From positions 5,049 through 69,048 of the forward strand of contig CANGOF010000001.1 of assembly GCA_947455515.1 (NCBI GenBank): a stretch of 64,000 nucleotides of DNA, written 5' to 3'. This DNA is from Flavobacteriia bacterium. Its GTDB lineage: Bacteria; Bacteroidota; Bacteroidia; Flavobacteriales_D; Crocinitomicaceae. The notes below the pieces were generated by a model. That model had not been told where the DNA came from. It saw only the letters and a list, made by a program, of their open reading frames with translations, and did not search any database. The position numbers and the translations under genes are program-made. Below, in pieces: positions 48,998 to 58,348 of this stretch. How positions within the stretch are numbered: the stretch's first letter is position 1; each line of letters opens with the position of its first letter.

Positions 48998-49572
48998 TCT
49001 TCTGAGTCAACCAAGCGTTGGAAATCTTGAATCAACAACGCGATTTCACTAATCAACCCCCCTTTTTGAGAGGATTTATCAGGATTAGTTTCCGCATAAT
49101 TACCCAAAAGTACTTGAGATTCCATTACCGATTTTTCAGAAAAAGGGCCATCTAAATTTTCTATAATCGTTAAACATTCTAAAGTGATCATAAAATCTCC
49201 TTTTATTGCAAGATCCACAAAAACTTCTAAATAATCCGTATAATCTAAAGGTGAATTCCAAAGTGTGGATAAAAGAATTTGTCTATAAGCAATATATTCA
49301 GCATCCTGAACAAGATTCATCATAACAGAACGTGCCTTAGCATCTTTCAAGCAGGATAAAAATTCGATAATCGCATTGTTTTTTTCTGAATGAGATTCTA
49401 ATGTTAATTCTTTAATTGCTCTAGGAAGAATGGATGGATCTCCATATAATTTTAAAGCCTCCAGTGTAAGTTTAACCTTCGAAATATTAGAATTACTTAA
49501 CTCCTTCAATAAAGCATCTATTTTAGCTTGTTTTGTTGCGCTTGTTTTTTTATTTTTTTCTTCCATAACCAT
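48994..49572 (-). CDS. Hypothetical all-helical (HEAT/ARM-like) protein
   Basis: 192-aa ORF with helical-repeat character. No specific motif recognised. Confidence 0.4.
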   Translation of the reverse strand: MVMEEKNKKTSATKQAKIDALLKELSNSNISKVKLTLEALKLYGDPSILPRAIKELTLESHSEKNNAIIEFLSCLKDAKARSVMMNLVQDAEYIAYRQILLSTLWNSPLDYTDYLEVFVDLAIKGDFMITLECLTIIENLDGPFSEKSVMESQVLLGNYAETNPDKSSQKGGLISEIALLIQDFQRLVDSED

Positions 49573-49678
49573 GCTGTTTAGACAAAAGTAACAAATGCTG
49601 AAATAATAAATTTATAAAATTGTCCCAAAATGAAACATTCGCGTTAAAAAGGAGTATATGAAACAAAACGATTAAATT

Positions 49679-50125
49679 ATGGCTAAGACAAAAGTTCAAA
49701 AAAAAATCATTTTATCGATTATTAATACTGAAAAGATTGTATCTGTTACTCTAATATGTATATTTTCATTTCTTTTAGTAATTAGTCTATTTTTATATAA
49801 TTTTATTGGACTAAGTTGGCAGAATCTTGCTATTCATGCATTAATGATATTAGTATTTATATTATTCTTTTATTCTTTAAATAATATTAGTCAAGTAAGT
49901 ATAATTGGAGATTGCATCTTAGTTAAAAAATCAAATACTAAACGATACATTACACCAATAAAATCAATTAGAAATGTCAAACAGATTCCAGTGTTTCGTT
50001 TTCAATTATACTCCTTAGAATTTAAAATTGATGGTCACAAACAAAAAGTTAGATTCTTAAGTACAGTAGATAAGGTACTTGAAATTCAACGATTAGCTCC
50101 ACATCACCCTTTAAAAGTAGCTTAA
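49679..50125 (+). CDS. Hypothetical membrane protein (two TM helices plus a small C-terminal domain)
   Basis: 148 aa with two clear hydrophobic helices followed by a beta-rich soluble region. Confidence 0.4.
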   Translation: MAKTKVQKKIILSIINTEKIVSVTLICIFSFLLVISLFLYNFIGLSWQNLAIHALMILVFILFFYSLNNISQVSIIGDCILVKKSNTKRYITPIKSIRNVKQIPVFRFQLYSLEFKIDGHKQKVRFLSTVDKVLEIQRLAPHHPLKVA

Positions 50126-50127
50126 AC

Positions 50128-50880
50128 CTACTTTTTTCTTTTTGAAACTGTAGTTAAAATAGGAACGATAAATATTGCTATTGTTAACAAAGAAACGAAC
50201 ATATCTGCCGTTTCGCTTTTCATAAATTGCGATATGGCATGAAAAGGGAAAAAGTGTTCGTAAATAGAGAACGATAATTTTAATCCCAATATTGCAATAA
50301 CTATAAAAGCAGAAGATTCTAAAAAAGGAAATTTCTCCATTAATTTAACAAACCATTGCGCAACAAAACGCATAGCTAAAATACCAATAAAAACACCTAT
50401 ACAAATAAGAATAGTATTTGGAGTATACGCAACGGCTGCAAATACATTATCAATAGAAAAAGCCATATCCATTAATTCGACAAGTGCAATTGTAGCCCAA
50501 AAATTACCGATATATCCAACAGTCTTACGATACAACCAATTGGCATTTTTATCTACAATTTCCTCTTCGTTATTACTTTTTTGTTTTTTCTTATACCAGT
50601 CAAAAACAAGGTATAAAAGGTATAGTCCGCCGATAGGTTTTAACCACCAAATTTTAATTAAAACCGAAGCAAACAAAAGTGCAAGTCCTCTAAAGAAATA
50701 TGCACCTAAAATACCATATTTCAATGCTTTTTGTCTTTGATTTTCAGGAAGATCAAGAACCATAGTAGCTAAAACAGCCGCATTATCAATCGATAATAAA
50801 CTTTCAATCAATATTAGGTTACCGATAATAATAAGCGAAGCACCTGGATTATCAATAATTTGTTGGACTAATTCATTCAT
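50128..50880 (-). CDS. TerC-family integral membrane protein
   Basis: Duplicated SIDN motif (LLSIDNAAVLA and AFSIDNVFAAV) within about 7 TM helices. Confidence 0.8.
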   Translation of the reverse strand: MNELVQQIIDNPGASLIIIGNLILIESLLSIDNAAVLATMVLDLPENQRQKALKYGILGAYFFRGLALLFASVLIKIWWLKPIGGLYLLYLVFDWYKKKQKSNNEEEIVDKNANWLYRKTVGYIGNFWATIALVELMDMAFSIDNVFAAVAYTPNTILICIGVFIGILAMRFVAQWFVKLMEKFPFLESSAFIVIAILGLKLSFSIYEHFFPFHAISQFMKSETADMFVSLLTIAIFIVPILTTVSKRKK

Positions 50881-50908
50881 AAATTCAAGTTTAAAACAAA
50901 GTTAAACT

Positions 50909-50934
50909 AAAAATGCCCATCTTAGATGAGCATT
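50909..50934 (-). terminator. Possible weak rho-independent terminator after the last TPR gene
   Basis: Minus-strand hairpin AATGCTCATC-TAA-GATGGGCATT (10 bp, one mismatch) followed by a short T-run. It starts 21 nt after the stop at 50955. Confidence 0.45.
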
Positions 50935-50954
50935 AATAAAATGATTGACTAAAA

Positions 50955-51575
50955 TTATTTTGTTTTTAATACAGTATCGTACTTTTTTTCATCTGGACTT
51001 AATAATAATGCCTTTTTAAAATATAAAATTGCTTCATCTTTGCTCCCTAAATTAAATTTAATCCATCCAGCTAAATTAACACCATCAAAATTGAACGGAT
51101 AGCAAGCTATATATGTATTAATATAAGATAATGCATTCTTAAAATCTGCTCTATTATAATAAATTAATGCAAGATTGTAATTTGCTAATGCATGAGTCGG
51201 ATCAATCGATAATATTGCCTTATACTGATCAATAACCAAATCCCATTTTTCAAGTGAGGCTAATGCATAAATATAGCCCATTTTAGCTTCTAAGCTTTTT
51301 GGAGCGAGATCCACTGCTTTTTTGTAATAAACTGTAGATTCTTTAAATTTATTATTGCAATAATATAACCAAGCTAAACGAACATTAATCTCATATGTAT
51401 TAGAAACTGCGTAAGGTGATAACAATTCTACAGCCTTAGCATACTTTAAATTATATTCCTCGATATAACTTTGTTTAAATGCATTACGTAATTCAATTTC
51501 ATTTTGAGTAAATGCAGTTAGAGCAAATATTGAAAACGTTCCAGCAAGTACAATTTTTTTCAATTTATTTTTCAT
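50955..51575 (-). CDS. Secreted TPR-repeat protein, paralog 1
   Basis: Signal peptide. 206 aa, colinear without indels with the next gene (shared blocks LRL.WL.Y, ES..YYKKA, LEKWD, ANY.L.LIYYNR.D, YPF..DG..LAGW.K, FKKAL). Confidence 0.7.
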   Translation of the reverse strand: MKNKLKKIVLAGTFSIFALTAFTQNEIELRNAFKQSYIEEYNLKYAKAVELLSPYAVSNTYEINVRLAWLYYCNNKFKESTVYYKKAVDLAPKSLEAKMGYIYALASLEKWDLVIDQYKAILSIDPTHALANYNLALIYYNRADFKNALSYINTYIACYPFNFDGVNLAGWIKFNLGSKDEAILYFKKALLLSPDEKKYDTVLKTK

Positions 51576-51606
51576 AATTTGTTGTTTTGATTAATTTATT
51601 ATTAAG

Positions 51607-52227
51607 CTATTTAATTCCCAGCACCTTATTAAAGCTTGTATCGTATGGATTTACCATTAGTGCCTTTTTAAAAAAGGCATATGCTTCTTCTTTTTTTCCA
51701 ACACTATATTTTACCCATCCCGCCAAACTATTACCATCATAATCAAATGGGTAAAGATTTACATATTTTTGCAAATACTTCCATGAATTACCATAATCAC
51801 CACGATTATAATAAATTAACGACAAGCGGTAATTGGCAGTTGCGTTATACACATCAATTTTAATGATAGCCAAGTAACTATCAACTACTTGATCCCATTT
51901 TTCTAATGCACCTAAAGGATAAACTATTCCCAATTTCGCTTCAATACTTAGCGGCATTTTAGCAATTGCCTTCTTATAATAAATAATTGATTCTGTATAC
52001 TTTCCCGCTTTATAACTCAACCATCCTAAACGTAAATTTAACTCGTAAGAAGTTGGCTCATATACACCCATTAAATCCTCCATCGCCTTTTGAAATTTTA
52101 GTTGATATTCAGAATCATAACTTTTTTTTAAAGCATCTCGAACAGCATTATCAGATTGAGAAAACAAGAAACTTGAGAAAACTATTACTAATAATAGAAC
52201 CCAAGATTTTTTACTTAAAATTTCCAT
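51607..52227 (-). CDS. Secreted TPR-repeat protein, paralog 2
   Basis: Signal peptide. 206 aa, same length and block structure as 50955..51575. Confidence 0.7.
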   Translation of the reverse strand: MEILSKKSWVLLLVIVFSSFLFSQSDNAVRDALKKSYDSEYQLKFQKAMEDLMGVYEPTSYELNLRLGWLSYKAGKYTESIIYYKKAIAKMPLSIEAKLGIVYPLGALEKWDQVVDSYLAIIKIDVYNATANYRLSLIYYNRGDYGNSWKYLQKYVNLYPFDYDGNSLAGWVKYSVGKKEEAYAFFKKALMVNPYDTSFNKVLGIK

Positions 52228-53615
52228 ATTAAATTTAAGATTAATGAATGATTTAAATAATTATCTGTGTAAGACATGAAGGTGGATTTCTTTGCGCTAT
52301 AATAACGATCATAGCTTGATTCTCTTTTCAACAAGTCGTAACGAATACCAAAATTAAGTTTTTGTGATAAATAATAAGTTAGATTTAACCCTGACTTCAT
52401 CGTTATTTTATCTGAAATATTGTAAACAACATACCCATTTCCTTCCGTAAAATATTTAAGATTTCCTCCATAAAAATAAGCCACATACCAAAGCTTTTTA
52501 GTCACCTCCCCTCCTATTTTAACAAAATAAACAGTTCTATTATTTGATTGATCTTTCGATAAACTAATACCAGTACTCAAATTCAAATTAAAGTTACCAA
52601 AAGGTAAATAATTAATTTGTGAAGAATATTGAGTGATCGAAATTGCGTCTATATAATTATACCCTAAACTAATGGAAGGAATGATTTTACCAATACTTTT
52701 CGACAGACTTACATTTGTTACAAAATTACCTTTTGAAATCTTGTTGTCTATATAACTATATTTAAAAGAAGTAGAATCATAATTAGCTTTTATTTTAGTT
52801 TGTGTGTAGTACATATATTGTCCTCCAACCTGAAGATTAAAGTTTTTTGGAAGCGTAATTGACAAACCTGTATATGCTTGATATTGAGACAAAGTATATG
52901 ATTTAGCCGTATCTTTTATAGATGGTATTAGCGTAAAATTTGCAGCAGTAAGATAACTCTTTGAATAAATATGTTGTTCACGATTATTTTGAACAAGAGA
53001 AACACCTGTATATGCCTTAATGCGTTTAGATATAGGATAACTAATGCCAAATTGATAATAAAGAATAGATTTCATCCTGTCAGATTCAGCATAAATTCCA
53101 TTTCCATGAAGTGAAGTGTCTTTTGTATCTTTTGCAAGGAAAATAGAACTATCTTGTTTATTCGAATAATTAGTAAATTGATAACCTGATTCAAAAACAA
53201 ATGATTTTTGCAACTTAATTTGTTTTGTATAAAAATCTTGATAGCTAATCGGCATTTTAGCAATTATCAACTTGGCTTCTTCCATATTCTCCATATATAA
53301 ATATGCATAAAATAAAAACTCTTTTGTGTACATATCTGAAGGATAAAACTCAAGCGCTTTACGCAAATGAATAGCAGCCAGGTAAAATTCATTTTTATTA
53401 AAATAGGAAACTCCAATTCTTACTCTTAAATAATATGAATCAATCCCCTCTGAAAGAGCTCTTTTTGTCAATGAAACTAATTCTTTATGTTTACCTTTTG
53501 AGAAACAAACATAAGAAGCACTATCCACATAGGATTCTTTGATATTAACATACTTTTGCGCCCACGAAAAGGTAGAAAATACGCTAAGAAAAATAATTAG
53601 GCTTAATTTTCGCAT
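52215..53615 (-). CDS. Outer-membrane protein: N-terminal TPR region plus C-terminal beta-barrel
   Basis: Signal peptide (MRKLSLIIFLSVFSTFSWAQ). TPR-like helices to about residue 130, then about 330 aa of alternating strands ending in the OMP-type terminus LNLIWKF. Confidence 0.6.
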   Translation of the reverse strand: MRKLSLIIFLSVFSTFSWAQKYVNIKESYVDSASYVCFSKGKHKELVSLTKRALSEGIDSYYLRVRIGVSYFNKNEFYLAAIHLRKALEFYPSDMYTKEFLFYAYLYMENMEEAKLIIAKMPISYQDFYTKQIKLQKSFVFESGYQFTNYSNKQDSSIFLAKDTKDTSLHGNGIYAESDRMKSILYYQFGISYPISKRIKAYTGVSLVQNNREQHIYSKSYLTAANFTLIPSIKDTAKSYTLSQYQAYTGLSITLPKNFNLQVGGQYMYYTQTKIKANYDSTSFKYSYIDNKISKGNFVTNVSLSKSIGKIIPSISLGYNYIDAISITQYSSQINYLPFGNFNLNLSTGISLSKDQSNNRTVYFVKIGGEVTKKLWYVAYFYGGNLKYFTEGNGYVVYNISDKITMKSGLNLTYYLSQKLNFGIRYDLLKRESSYDRYYSAKKSTFMSYTDNYLNHSLILNLIWKF

Positions 53616-55825
53616 ATGGCTATTGTTTTGTTATTTGAAGTAGTAATTATAAATTCATTTATTTTATTGGATTTTAAATTCGTGCTATATTGAAATGCTT
53701 TGGATTTAAATCCCAAAATTTTAATCTCGGCGGCAGATTCTAAAATTATTTCTGAAGTGATATTTATATCATCAATAAAAGTATATTTTACAGCATAATT
53801 TGCATTTACAAAGCGATAGAATGGCGAAAAAAAATCTTGAATAATATTTATAAACTTTAATGAAATAGTTGCAATAGGGTATTTTTCTTCAATTATTAAA
53901 TCTTGATAATAACCCAAAACTAATTTATAGTGTGCTAAATAAAAATGATATAATAACGATTTTTTGGAGCCAAAGAAACTTGTAAAAACAATCATATTAC
54001 CATCATTATAAAAATATGCTACTGCCTTAGTATCGTGACAATAAATATAGGAAACATTTAAACTATCTGTAAAAATTTCCCATTGTTGAGACTTAACTTC
54101 TTGATTTTCCTCCTTAATTTTCCAATTTAATTTTGTTCCTGGAATTAATTCAAAAGCAAGTTTTAATAACGGATTCACTTCGATACTTTGAATAAATTCA
54201 CCTTCATTTGGTTTCGAAAAAGAGTGTAGACTAAACTTTTTATTTTCTCGTTTGATATAATATGCTAAAGGAAAATCTAAAGTTTTGGAACCTATGATTG
54301 GAGATTCTTGTAGCTGAAAATGTATGTGAGGTTCTGGAGATCTTCCAGAATTACCACAATAAGCAATAATCTCCCCTTTTTTCACAAATTCACCAATTCC
54401 ATATTTTAAAGAACCCATTTTTAAATGACTGACTTGGCTATATAATCCATCTGCATGATAAATTACCATGGAATTACCCCAGTTCTGTTGTGTATTTATA
54501 CCTTTTATTTCATTATCCTCTATATTATCCATGACAGAAACAACGTAGCCATCTGCACAAGCAACGACAGGTTTATTATAGCAATAAAAATCATCCACTA
54601 CCTGTCCAGGATTTTGATAAGATTTCATTTCATTATCCAATATGATAAAATCAAATGCTTTACTCCATTCTCCAAGATGCGTAATTTTACCATCATGCGC
54701 TTGGGATACCATCCATTCTCCCCAAAAAGGTAAATGAATTGGAAAAAAATTAAACAGGCGTAAACGGTGGTTTGTATTCAAAAAATTATATAAATTTTTC
54801 TCTGGACTAAACTCTTGATGATGAACCCTGTGAATATATTTAATGGAAACTCGATAATTTAACACATGTAAAAACAAAATAGTTAACAACGTAAATGGTA
54901 AAGAATATGGAGCTAACCCTACCATATAAAGTATTTTATTTAAGCCAAATAATAGGATAATCAATAAAGGAGTTAGAACAACCGTCATGAAATAGCTAAC
55001 AATATTTGGAATCAAATAAATTCCACCAATTGCGATTGCAAGAAAAATAAAATTTAATCCAATAAATTTCTCGTAAAAATCAGAAACATCTCCACCCAAC
55101 ATAGGATAAAAGAAATACGCAGCTACAAATCCAAGTATTGATAAACTAAATGCAATTCGAGAATAAACTAATAAGCCAATTGCAATCAAAAGTCCAGATA
55201 AAATGTTTGACTGAAAAAAAAGAGAGGATAGAGATTTTAAATAAACGGATACAATCTGCGGAAATGAAAGCAAATGATTTTCAAGCTTATCAATTGTTTC
55301 TAACCAAATGGAGATTGTTACCCCTGAAACTTTTTGTTTTTCATTCAAAGAATAAATTAATTCCGGATGAACTTGCATTGTAGACATCGACGGAAAAGCA
55401 CTGAAGACTAACCAAATGGAAATTAAAAAAGGGAAACTCAGTGTGGGTAAATTGTATTTATGTAAAATCCCATGAATTAAAAATGAAATCAAAGTTGAGA
55501 AAATACCAACACATACGATTACCAATAAGACTGTTTCATTAAACGAATAAAAATGAGCAATCCCACTTGCCACCAACATTGCGTCATATCCGTGATATCC
55601 TTTTCGAATAAACTCTTTATTCAAACCAATTACACGAGAAAACACATTTGCTGAAACAACACCAATTAGGCCACAAATACCAGCTAAAGGATCTACAAAA
55701 GAAGCCAATAAAAGTAATAGCCCAAACACTACATTGTTAGAAAAGAACACAACTGCATAGCTGTTGACGATAGTGTCAAAGCTATACAGAAGTTCTTTCT
55801 TAGCTATGGAAAGCCATTTATTCAT
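53603..55825 (-). CDS. Fusion protein: urea-transporter-like polytopic membrane domain plus M23 (LytM-type) metallopeptidase domain plus C-terminal domain of unknown function
   Basis: The N-terminal ~330 aa hold about 10 TM helices opening with SYAVVFFSNNVVFGLLLLLA, which parallels the UT-family signature (s.Qv.F.nN..sGllil.a). The central part has AFDF, VVACADGYVV, WGNSMVIYHADGLYSQVSHL and GNSGRSPEPHIHFQL (HxH) of M23. Confidence 0.7.
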   Translation of the reverse strand: MNKWLSIAKKELLYSFDTIVNSYAVVFFSNNVVFGLLLLLASFVDPLAGICGLIGVVSANVFSRVIGLNKEFIRKGYHGYDAMLVASGIAHFYSFNETVLLVIVCVGIFSTLISFLIHGILHKYNLPTLSFPFLISIWLVFSAFPSMSTMQVHPELIYSLNEKQKVSGVTISIWLETIDKLENHLLSFPQIVSVYLKSLSSLFFQSNILSGLLIAIGLLVYSRIAFSLSILGFVAAYFFYPMLGGDVSDFYEKFIGLNFIFLAIAIGGIYLIPNIVSYFMTVVLTPLLIILLFGLNKILYMVGLAPYSLPFTLLTILFLHVLNYRVSIKYIHRVHHQEFSPEKNLYNFLNTNHRLRLFNFFPIHLPFWGEWMVSQAHDGKITHLGEWSKAFDFIILDNEMKSYQNPGQVVDDFYCYNKPVVACADGYVVSVMDNIEDNEIKGINTQQNWGNSMVIYHADGLYSQVSHLKMGSLKYGIGEFVKKGEIIAYCGNSGRSPEPHIHFQLQESPIIGSKTLDFPLAYYIKRENKKFSLHSFSKPNEGEFIQSIEVNPLLKLAFELIPGTKLNWKIKEENQEVKSQQWEIFTDSLNVSYIYCHDTKAVAYFYNDGNMIVFTSFFGSKKSLLYHFYLAHYKLVLGYYQDLIIEEKYPIATISLKFINIIQDFFSPFYRFVNANYAVKYTFIDDINITSEIILESAAEIKILGFKSKAFQYSTNLKSNKINEFIITTSNNKTIAICEN

Positions 55826-55834
55826 TTTTCAAAA

Positions 55835-57199
55835 TTACAAATTAAACGTTTTCAAATGATCTGGCATTCTTTCTGGTTCAGTAATTGTCTTAAGTGTTTC
55901 GTTTTCACGAATAATATGAGAATTACCGTTTGTATCAATTAACGTTACTTTTGGTCTCATTGCAATAAACTGCATCCATTGCGTCATATTGTAAGCGCCC
56001 ACTTTATGGACAACAACATGGTCGCCTTTATTTAATGCTGGCAAAGTAACGCTTGATCTAACTACATCAATATTCATACATAGTGGACCATAAATTACCA
56101 TATCTTCTGTATGTGAGGAGAATTCTTGTGCTGGTGTAATTTTGTGTTCGTACCAGAAAGCTGTGAATAAGATGTTTACACCAAAGTCCATGATGGTTGC
56201 TCTTCTTCCGTCTGATAAACGTTTGTTCGCAATTACACTTCCCAATAGATACCCCGCATCGTCAATCATTGCACGACCAGTTTCCAAAATCAATAAAGGT
56301 AAGTCTTCTTTCTTAAAACCATAATTCAATATTGTATTTGTAATTACCTCAGCAAATTCATCGATTGATGGAATCATATCTGGTCCTGGCAAATATGCAC
56401 CTCTTAATGTGTTAGCAGAAGGGAAACCACCACCTAAATCAAGGTATTGAATCGTTTTATTAAATACATATTTAATATTTACAGCTAAATCTGAAAGTTT
56501 TGATGCGGCTACAGCATAGGCATTTGGATCTAACATAAAAGTTCCTATATGACAGTGTAGACCAACCATTTCAAGGTATTCAGAAGCCATTATTTTATTA
56601 ATTGCATTCCAAGCTTGACCAGACTCATAGTTGAATCCAAAGCGATCCCACATTGGATAAACTCCTGTATCCATATTTACACGAATCGCAACTTTAGCTG
56701 TTTTTTTCAATTCTTGTGTCAATTCAATTAAATCGTATAATTCATCAAAATGATCAATGTGGATATAAGAATTGTTTTCTAAGGCTACTTGTAAGTCTGC
56801 TTTTGTTTTTTCAGGACCATTAAAAATGATTTTATTTCCAGGCACACCATTTTCAATTGCCTTAGTATATTCAAAAATAGAAACTACTTCTGCCCAAGAA
56901 CCTTCTTGATGGAAAACGTTACATACAGCATCAATGTAGTTTGTTTTGTAACTCCAAGCGAATTGTACTTTAGGATAACGCGTTTTAAAAGCTCGAACCG
57001 CATTTTGGTATGTTTTACGAATGGTTCTTTCCGAGATTACGAAACATGGAGAACCATATTTGTTAATCAATTCTTTTACAGATACCCCATCAATGTGAGT
57101 AAATGGAGCATATTCCGTTCTTGTTCCGAATTTATTCATCAATCCTGTATTCATTTTACGGATAGCAGGTCTTTCGTATTTTAATTTTTCAGTTTTCAT
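55835..57199 (-). CDS. PLP-dependent decarboxylase, Orn/DAP/Arg decarboxylase family 2 (LysA-like)
   Basis: PLP-Lys context FAWSYKTNY, LHCHIGT, DLGGGFP phosphate loop, EPGRA-like ETGRAM and YGPLCMNIDV active-site Cys. It has about 35 extra N-terminal residues before the usual start of the fold. Confidence 0.85.
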   Translation of the reverse strand: MKTEKLKYERPAIRKMNTGLMNKFGTRTEYAPFTHIDGVSVKELINKYGSPCFVISERTIRKTYQNAVRAFKTRYPKVQFAWSYKTNYIDAVCNVFHQEGSWAEVVSIFEYTKAIENGVPGNKIIFNGPEKTKADLQVALENNSYIHIDHFDELYDLIELTQELKKTAKVAIRVNMDTGVYPMWDRFGFNYESGQAWNAINKIMASEYLEMVGLHCHIGTFMLDPNAYAVAASKLSDLAVNIKYVFNKTIQYLDLGGGFPSANTLRGAYLPGPDMIPSIDEFAEVITNTILNYGFKKEDLPLLILETGRAMIDDAGYLLGSVIANKRLSDGRRATIMDFGVNILFTAFWYEHKITPAQEFSSHTEDMVIYGPLCMNIDVVRSSVTLPALNKGDHVVVHKVGAYNMTQWMQFIAMRPKVTLIDTNGNSHIIRENETLKTITEPERMPDHLKTFNL

Positions 57200-57292
57200 A
57201 ATATTAAGTTTTTTAGTTACTTCAACACCGCTCAGTCGGACACCTAAACTCTATGTGACCATAACGGAAAAAGGTTTGTTATTAATTATATT

Positions 57293-58348
57293 TTACAATT
57301 CTCCGAAAGCGGATATTTTTTGAAATTCAGTTACATCTGTAATTAAGTCCCAAGCGTATCGAATAAATAGTTTTCCAACCGCATAAGATGTGTATGGATC
57401 TACTTTTTCACCTAAAGCTAACTTAACCAGTGAGGCAGGTTGATTTTGTCCAGCACCGACAGTTAAATAAATCCAAGCTGGGAAACGAGGGTTTACTTCC
57501 ATAATATATGGTTTACCATCATTTGTTCGCATGATTTCTATTTCAAATCCTCCTCTCCACTTAGTAGCATTTATGAATTTCGAAGCTAAATCAATCAAAG
57601 ATTGTTCTTCAAGTGTTATTCCTGCCCATGCTTTCCCTTTGTCAGTAATAAACAATTTACGCATTGGAACTGCAGAAATTGTATTTCCTTCTCCGTCACC
57701 TAAAGCAGCAATATTTACTTCAGTTCCAGAAATAAACTCTTGTACAATGATTGGAAGTCCCCATTTTGCATTTAGTTTATGATAAGCTTTTTGAGCTTGT
57801 TCTAAAGTATATGCAACAGTAGCTTCGTAATATTTGCCTTTCACTACAATTGGATATTCGAATTCTTTGGCTACTCCAGCTAATTCGTTTACATCGTAAA
57901 TAGTTTTATCTCTTGGAATTAGAAAGCCGTGTTTTTCACCAAATTTGAATAAATTCACTTTATCTCGCGCTTCAAATTGTTCATTTGTTGGTAAGAAAGT
58001 TGAAATACCAATTTCTTTTAATTGTTTCGATATTTTGATAAAATTATGTAATTCAGCATCAAAATTTGGAATAATTACATCTATTTTTTCAACTGAATGA
58101 ATGTATTCTAATCTGCTCATCAAAGTATCTGTTCCAGCTGCAGGATACGGAATTTGGTATACTTTGTCGGCAATTCCTTCCATGTAAATACCTGGTTCTA
58201 ATGACTCATAGGATAATCCGATGATTCTAACGTCAAAATCCTCGCAATCTCGGATCCCACGTATTACAGCAACTCCTGGTCCAGGACTATCCACGGCATT
58301 TAAACCAGTGACTGCTACTGTAAGTTTGCGTTTCGTAGTATTAGACAT
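57293..58348 (-). CDS. ATP-grasp family ligase (carboxylate-amine/peptide ligase type)
   Basis: Pre-ATP-grasp Rossmann (LTVAVTGLNAVDSPGPG), PIVVKGKYYEA, IVQEFISGTEV and FEIEIMRT..GKPYIMEVNPRFPAW (E.NPR Mg/ATP motif). Confidence 0.8.
   Translation of the reverse strand: MSNTTKRKLTVAVTGLNAVDSPGPGVAVIRGIRDCEDFDVRIIGLSYESLEPGIYMEGIADKVYQIPYPAAGTDTLMSRLEYIHSVEKIDVIIPNFDAELHNFIKISKQLKEIGISTFLPTNEQFEARDKVNLFKFGEKHGFLIPRDKTIYDVNELAGVAKEFEYPIVVKGKYYEATVAYTLEQAQKAYHKLNAKWGLPIIVQEFISGTEVNIAALGDGEGNTISAVPMRKLFITDKGKAWAGITLEEQSLIDLASKFINATKWRGGFEIEIMRTNDGKPYIMEVNPRFPAWIYLTVGAGQNQPASLVKLALGEKVDPYTSYAVGKLFIRYAWDLITDVTEFQKISAFGEL

Noticed and set aside
50881-50954. A yybP-ykoY (Mn2+) riboswitch, which often precedes TerC-family genes.
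   Set aside because: Only 74 nt lie upstream of the TerC start. Much of that is the hairpin following the preceding gene, and I see no four-way-junction-like conserved blocks.
55835-57199. Reading the decarboxylase simply as housekeeping lysA.
   Set aside because: This is not fully excluded. However, the gene is packed between an ATP-grasp ligase and a UT/M23 gene, has an unusual N-terminal extension, and has no other lysine-pathway genes nearby. I therefore call only the family.
57200-57292. The plus-strand string ccgctcagtcgga resembles a tRNA D-arm (GCTCAGTCGG), suggesting a tRNA or tRNA remnant.
   Set aside because: There is no complementary D-stem closing strand, anticodon arm, T-arm (GTTCGA) or acceptor pairing around it.
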